Below, piece after piece: positions 61,701 through 64,000 of a stretch of DNA of 64,000 nucleotides. Below the pieces are notes generated by a model. The model was not told the DNA's origin. It did no database searches and saw only the letters and a program-made list of their open reading frames with translations. Position 1 is the first letter of the stretch. Every line of letters begins with the position of its first letter. Location: positions 12,938,549-13,002,548 of the forward strand of contig OZ316896.1 of the NCBI GenBank assembly GCA_973895155.1. Reading direction: 5' to 3'. Position numbers and translations under genes: made by a program. Source of the DNA: Marsupella aquatica. Its lineage: Eukaryota > Plantae > Marchantiophyta.

Positions 61701-64000
61701 GGAGTTATCTAGCTGCTCACATAACACCGCTCAAATGCTGTAAACGTTCAGGAGTGTGGGTGTCTTCTGGGAGAGGTAGAGTTGTTGTAAGAATAGTGCC
61801 TCCAGACATGGACAGTGTGAAAAGTGTCCCAAATGATTGTAGTTTTTCCTTTTAGTTTCAGCTTTACCTGAAAAGTGGTGGCTAGTAGGATTTCTAAGAT
61901 TGCAGGGGATCTATGGGAACACTTATTTTAAGTGCCATGACGTAGATCTGGCTAAGGAAACCAATACTGTCAAACAAAGAGCACTTTGGGATAATCTTTG
62001 AGTTGGAAGGCTTGGATGGAAATCCCATCCTAATGACTCTTTAAAAGCGTAGTAAATGGTTAAAGTTTTTTTTTAAAGCTTCAGTCTGTCTGTATTGACG
62101 AGCTCCTAAGACAACCAAGCACGGATGGGGTCAGTCTGGCACCTAAAATGTTATCGTTTACAGAACTGACGGAAGTGTGACCTTTAAGGCCATTGGAACT
62201 GCTTACTGCATGAACTCTTTCGTTGTCTATTCTAGTTCTAGTCATACCTTGGTTAGCCATATTTGATAAGGAAAAGTTATTTGAACTTTCCTCAAGACTT
62301 TTGCAATTGGCCATTAAAAATTTTCCCAGCCAACAAGCTCTTTCAGTCTGCGTTTTCCAATATTTCTGCTGCACCTAGCCAAAACATGTGTCCGCTGCCT
62401 ATTTCAGCAGGATAGATGTTTTCAGGGCATTTTGCCTCAAATAAAGTTTTTCAGGCTAAAGTATTTTAATTACTCCCCATTTTTTGGAACAGCTTGCATA
62501 CTTTACACCCCACCATTTTTTAAGCAGCACATTTTGAGCTGACCCCAATTTGTTTTTAAATCATACGTGTTTGTGCAAACCTAATTACTACATTTCTCCG
62601 AACATCCCACCTGCAATTCCAACGTTCCTGTTTCTTATCCATCCACATTGTCTACAACTGAATTGCATTGCCACTATTTACTTTCAGGATTGCTTACAAG
62701 GCCACTTCAGTTCAGCATGCTCTACAGGACCAGTTCAGCATAGAGGTTCTTTTCAAATTTAGTGCGGTCAGGATTGGACTCGACTGAAATCAACAAATGT
62801 CCAAACGGTTTAATCCTCGACTAGCTTGATCGAAGAACATTAACCAGGAATAAATGTTGCTCATTCTGCCCTACGTAGCTTTTCTTGATTAGCTTGTTCG
62901 GAACAAGTAGTATGCATGGTGACAACACGGCCCCACAGAATTGGAGAAAATGCAGAATGTTGTCAAGATGAATTTGGTCATGAGCTGCTTCAATTGCTCA
63001 GGAAGAAAAGAACGTGCGCATGGACGAAACAGGGGTGGACTGACATGTCACTCATTCACTGAATGAGTGAATGAATCCATCCTCGAGAAGAAAGGAAGTG
63101 TTATCAATCTGACGAGGTGAAGCCAGACAATTTGGATCAGTACATTGAGTGAGACAGAAATTGCGTTTCAGTACATTGAGTGACGCTATTGATATGAACA
63201 TTTTTTTATGCTGGGAGAACTATGCTAAAGTGTCCTCTCAATTTTAAGTAAAGCCAAAGTGGGCCCGTCATATGATATTGGTATGAGCAGTTGTGATGAT
63301 TTCGGAAAGCAAAATCTTGCAAATCAATTGATAGCCCCGACTACTTGTTCGTTCAAGGCTTGAGTAGAGACACGACAACAAAATAGTAACCAAATATTTT
63401 TACTATTTCCTTCCTTTAAATATAAATGGAATGGATAAAAAGCAATGATTCATGTCATACATAATATACCATCATGTTCTATGCAAGGCCCCTATCCAAG
63501 GCCCTAGAGTCATGGTCTAGAGGTGACTCTAGCTTCCCCTTCGCACTTTATAACTAAGATTGATCGGAAGGGTTGTGATGACATCTGAGAGCAAAATCTT
63601 GGAGGTGACAGCTCAATTGTTGTCCTGCATGTATGTTGGAAGTGGAATTGGAAGTGGAAGCTCACTTGTTGTACTCTCGTTCTGATAAGCCCCACTCAAT
63701 GGTCCACCAAATGTAGCACCCCAAACGTTACAAAACCTCAGTGGACAATATAGTGTTCCAGTACAGCAAATCGTTTTGTAAAGCACATTGGAAGCTTTCG
63801 TGAATACCTATTTTGTCAAACAAGTGCGTGGTGAATTGAGAATCCTGTCTAGGAGATTGTCTTTCTTACTTCGTGTTAGCTGGAAGTTTCGAATCGGCCG
63901 TTGTTAAGCTTCGTCGTATGATAGTATCGTGAGGAGTAATCTTCTCTATGCTATCTCGTACTTAATTGTCTTCTCGAATTGTTTCGCTCTCAGCCTCAAA

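Overview
Eukaryotic, land-plant-type DNA with spliceosomal introns; a liverwort/bryophyte origin is my inference only. Left part: 3' exons of an AMP1/LAMP1-type glutamate carboxypeptidase (+) and a complete five-exon MED7 gene (-) with a GC-AG intron, plus decayed Gypsy integrase remnants. Most of the rest is a tandem and inverted duplicated locus carrying intronless, fungal-type CipB/enoyl-reductase-like MDR genes (25853-26863 - and 55024-56034 +). A transposon nest interrupts it: a decayed PIF/Harbinger element is split by (i) a 17.6-kb TIR element (29574-47139, 8-bp TSD with one mismatch) and (ii) a 2.4-kb solo-LTR-like insert. The TIR element is the most unusual object. It carries a Sola-like DDD transposase with three N-terminal En/Spm-Tnp1-like domains. 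Divergently it carries a ParB-like + N4/N6-type DNA methyltransferase-like gene followed by an FCP1/NIF HAD phosphatase. It also holds about 18 copies of a 17-bp palindrome (CTCGAGA-N3-TCTCGAG) that I did not see elsewhere in the window. A 4.6-kb TG...CA solo-LTR-like insert with a ~1200-codon reading frame sits inside it. All domain calls come from motif recognition by eye; no searches were run.
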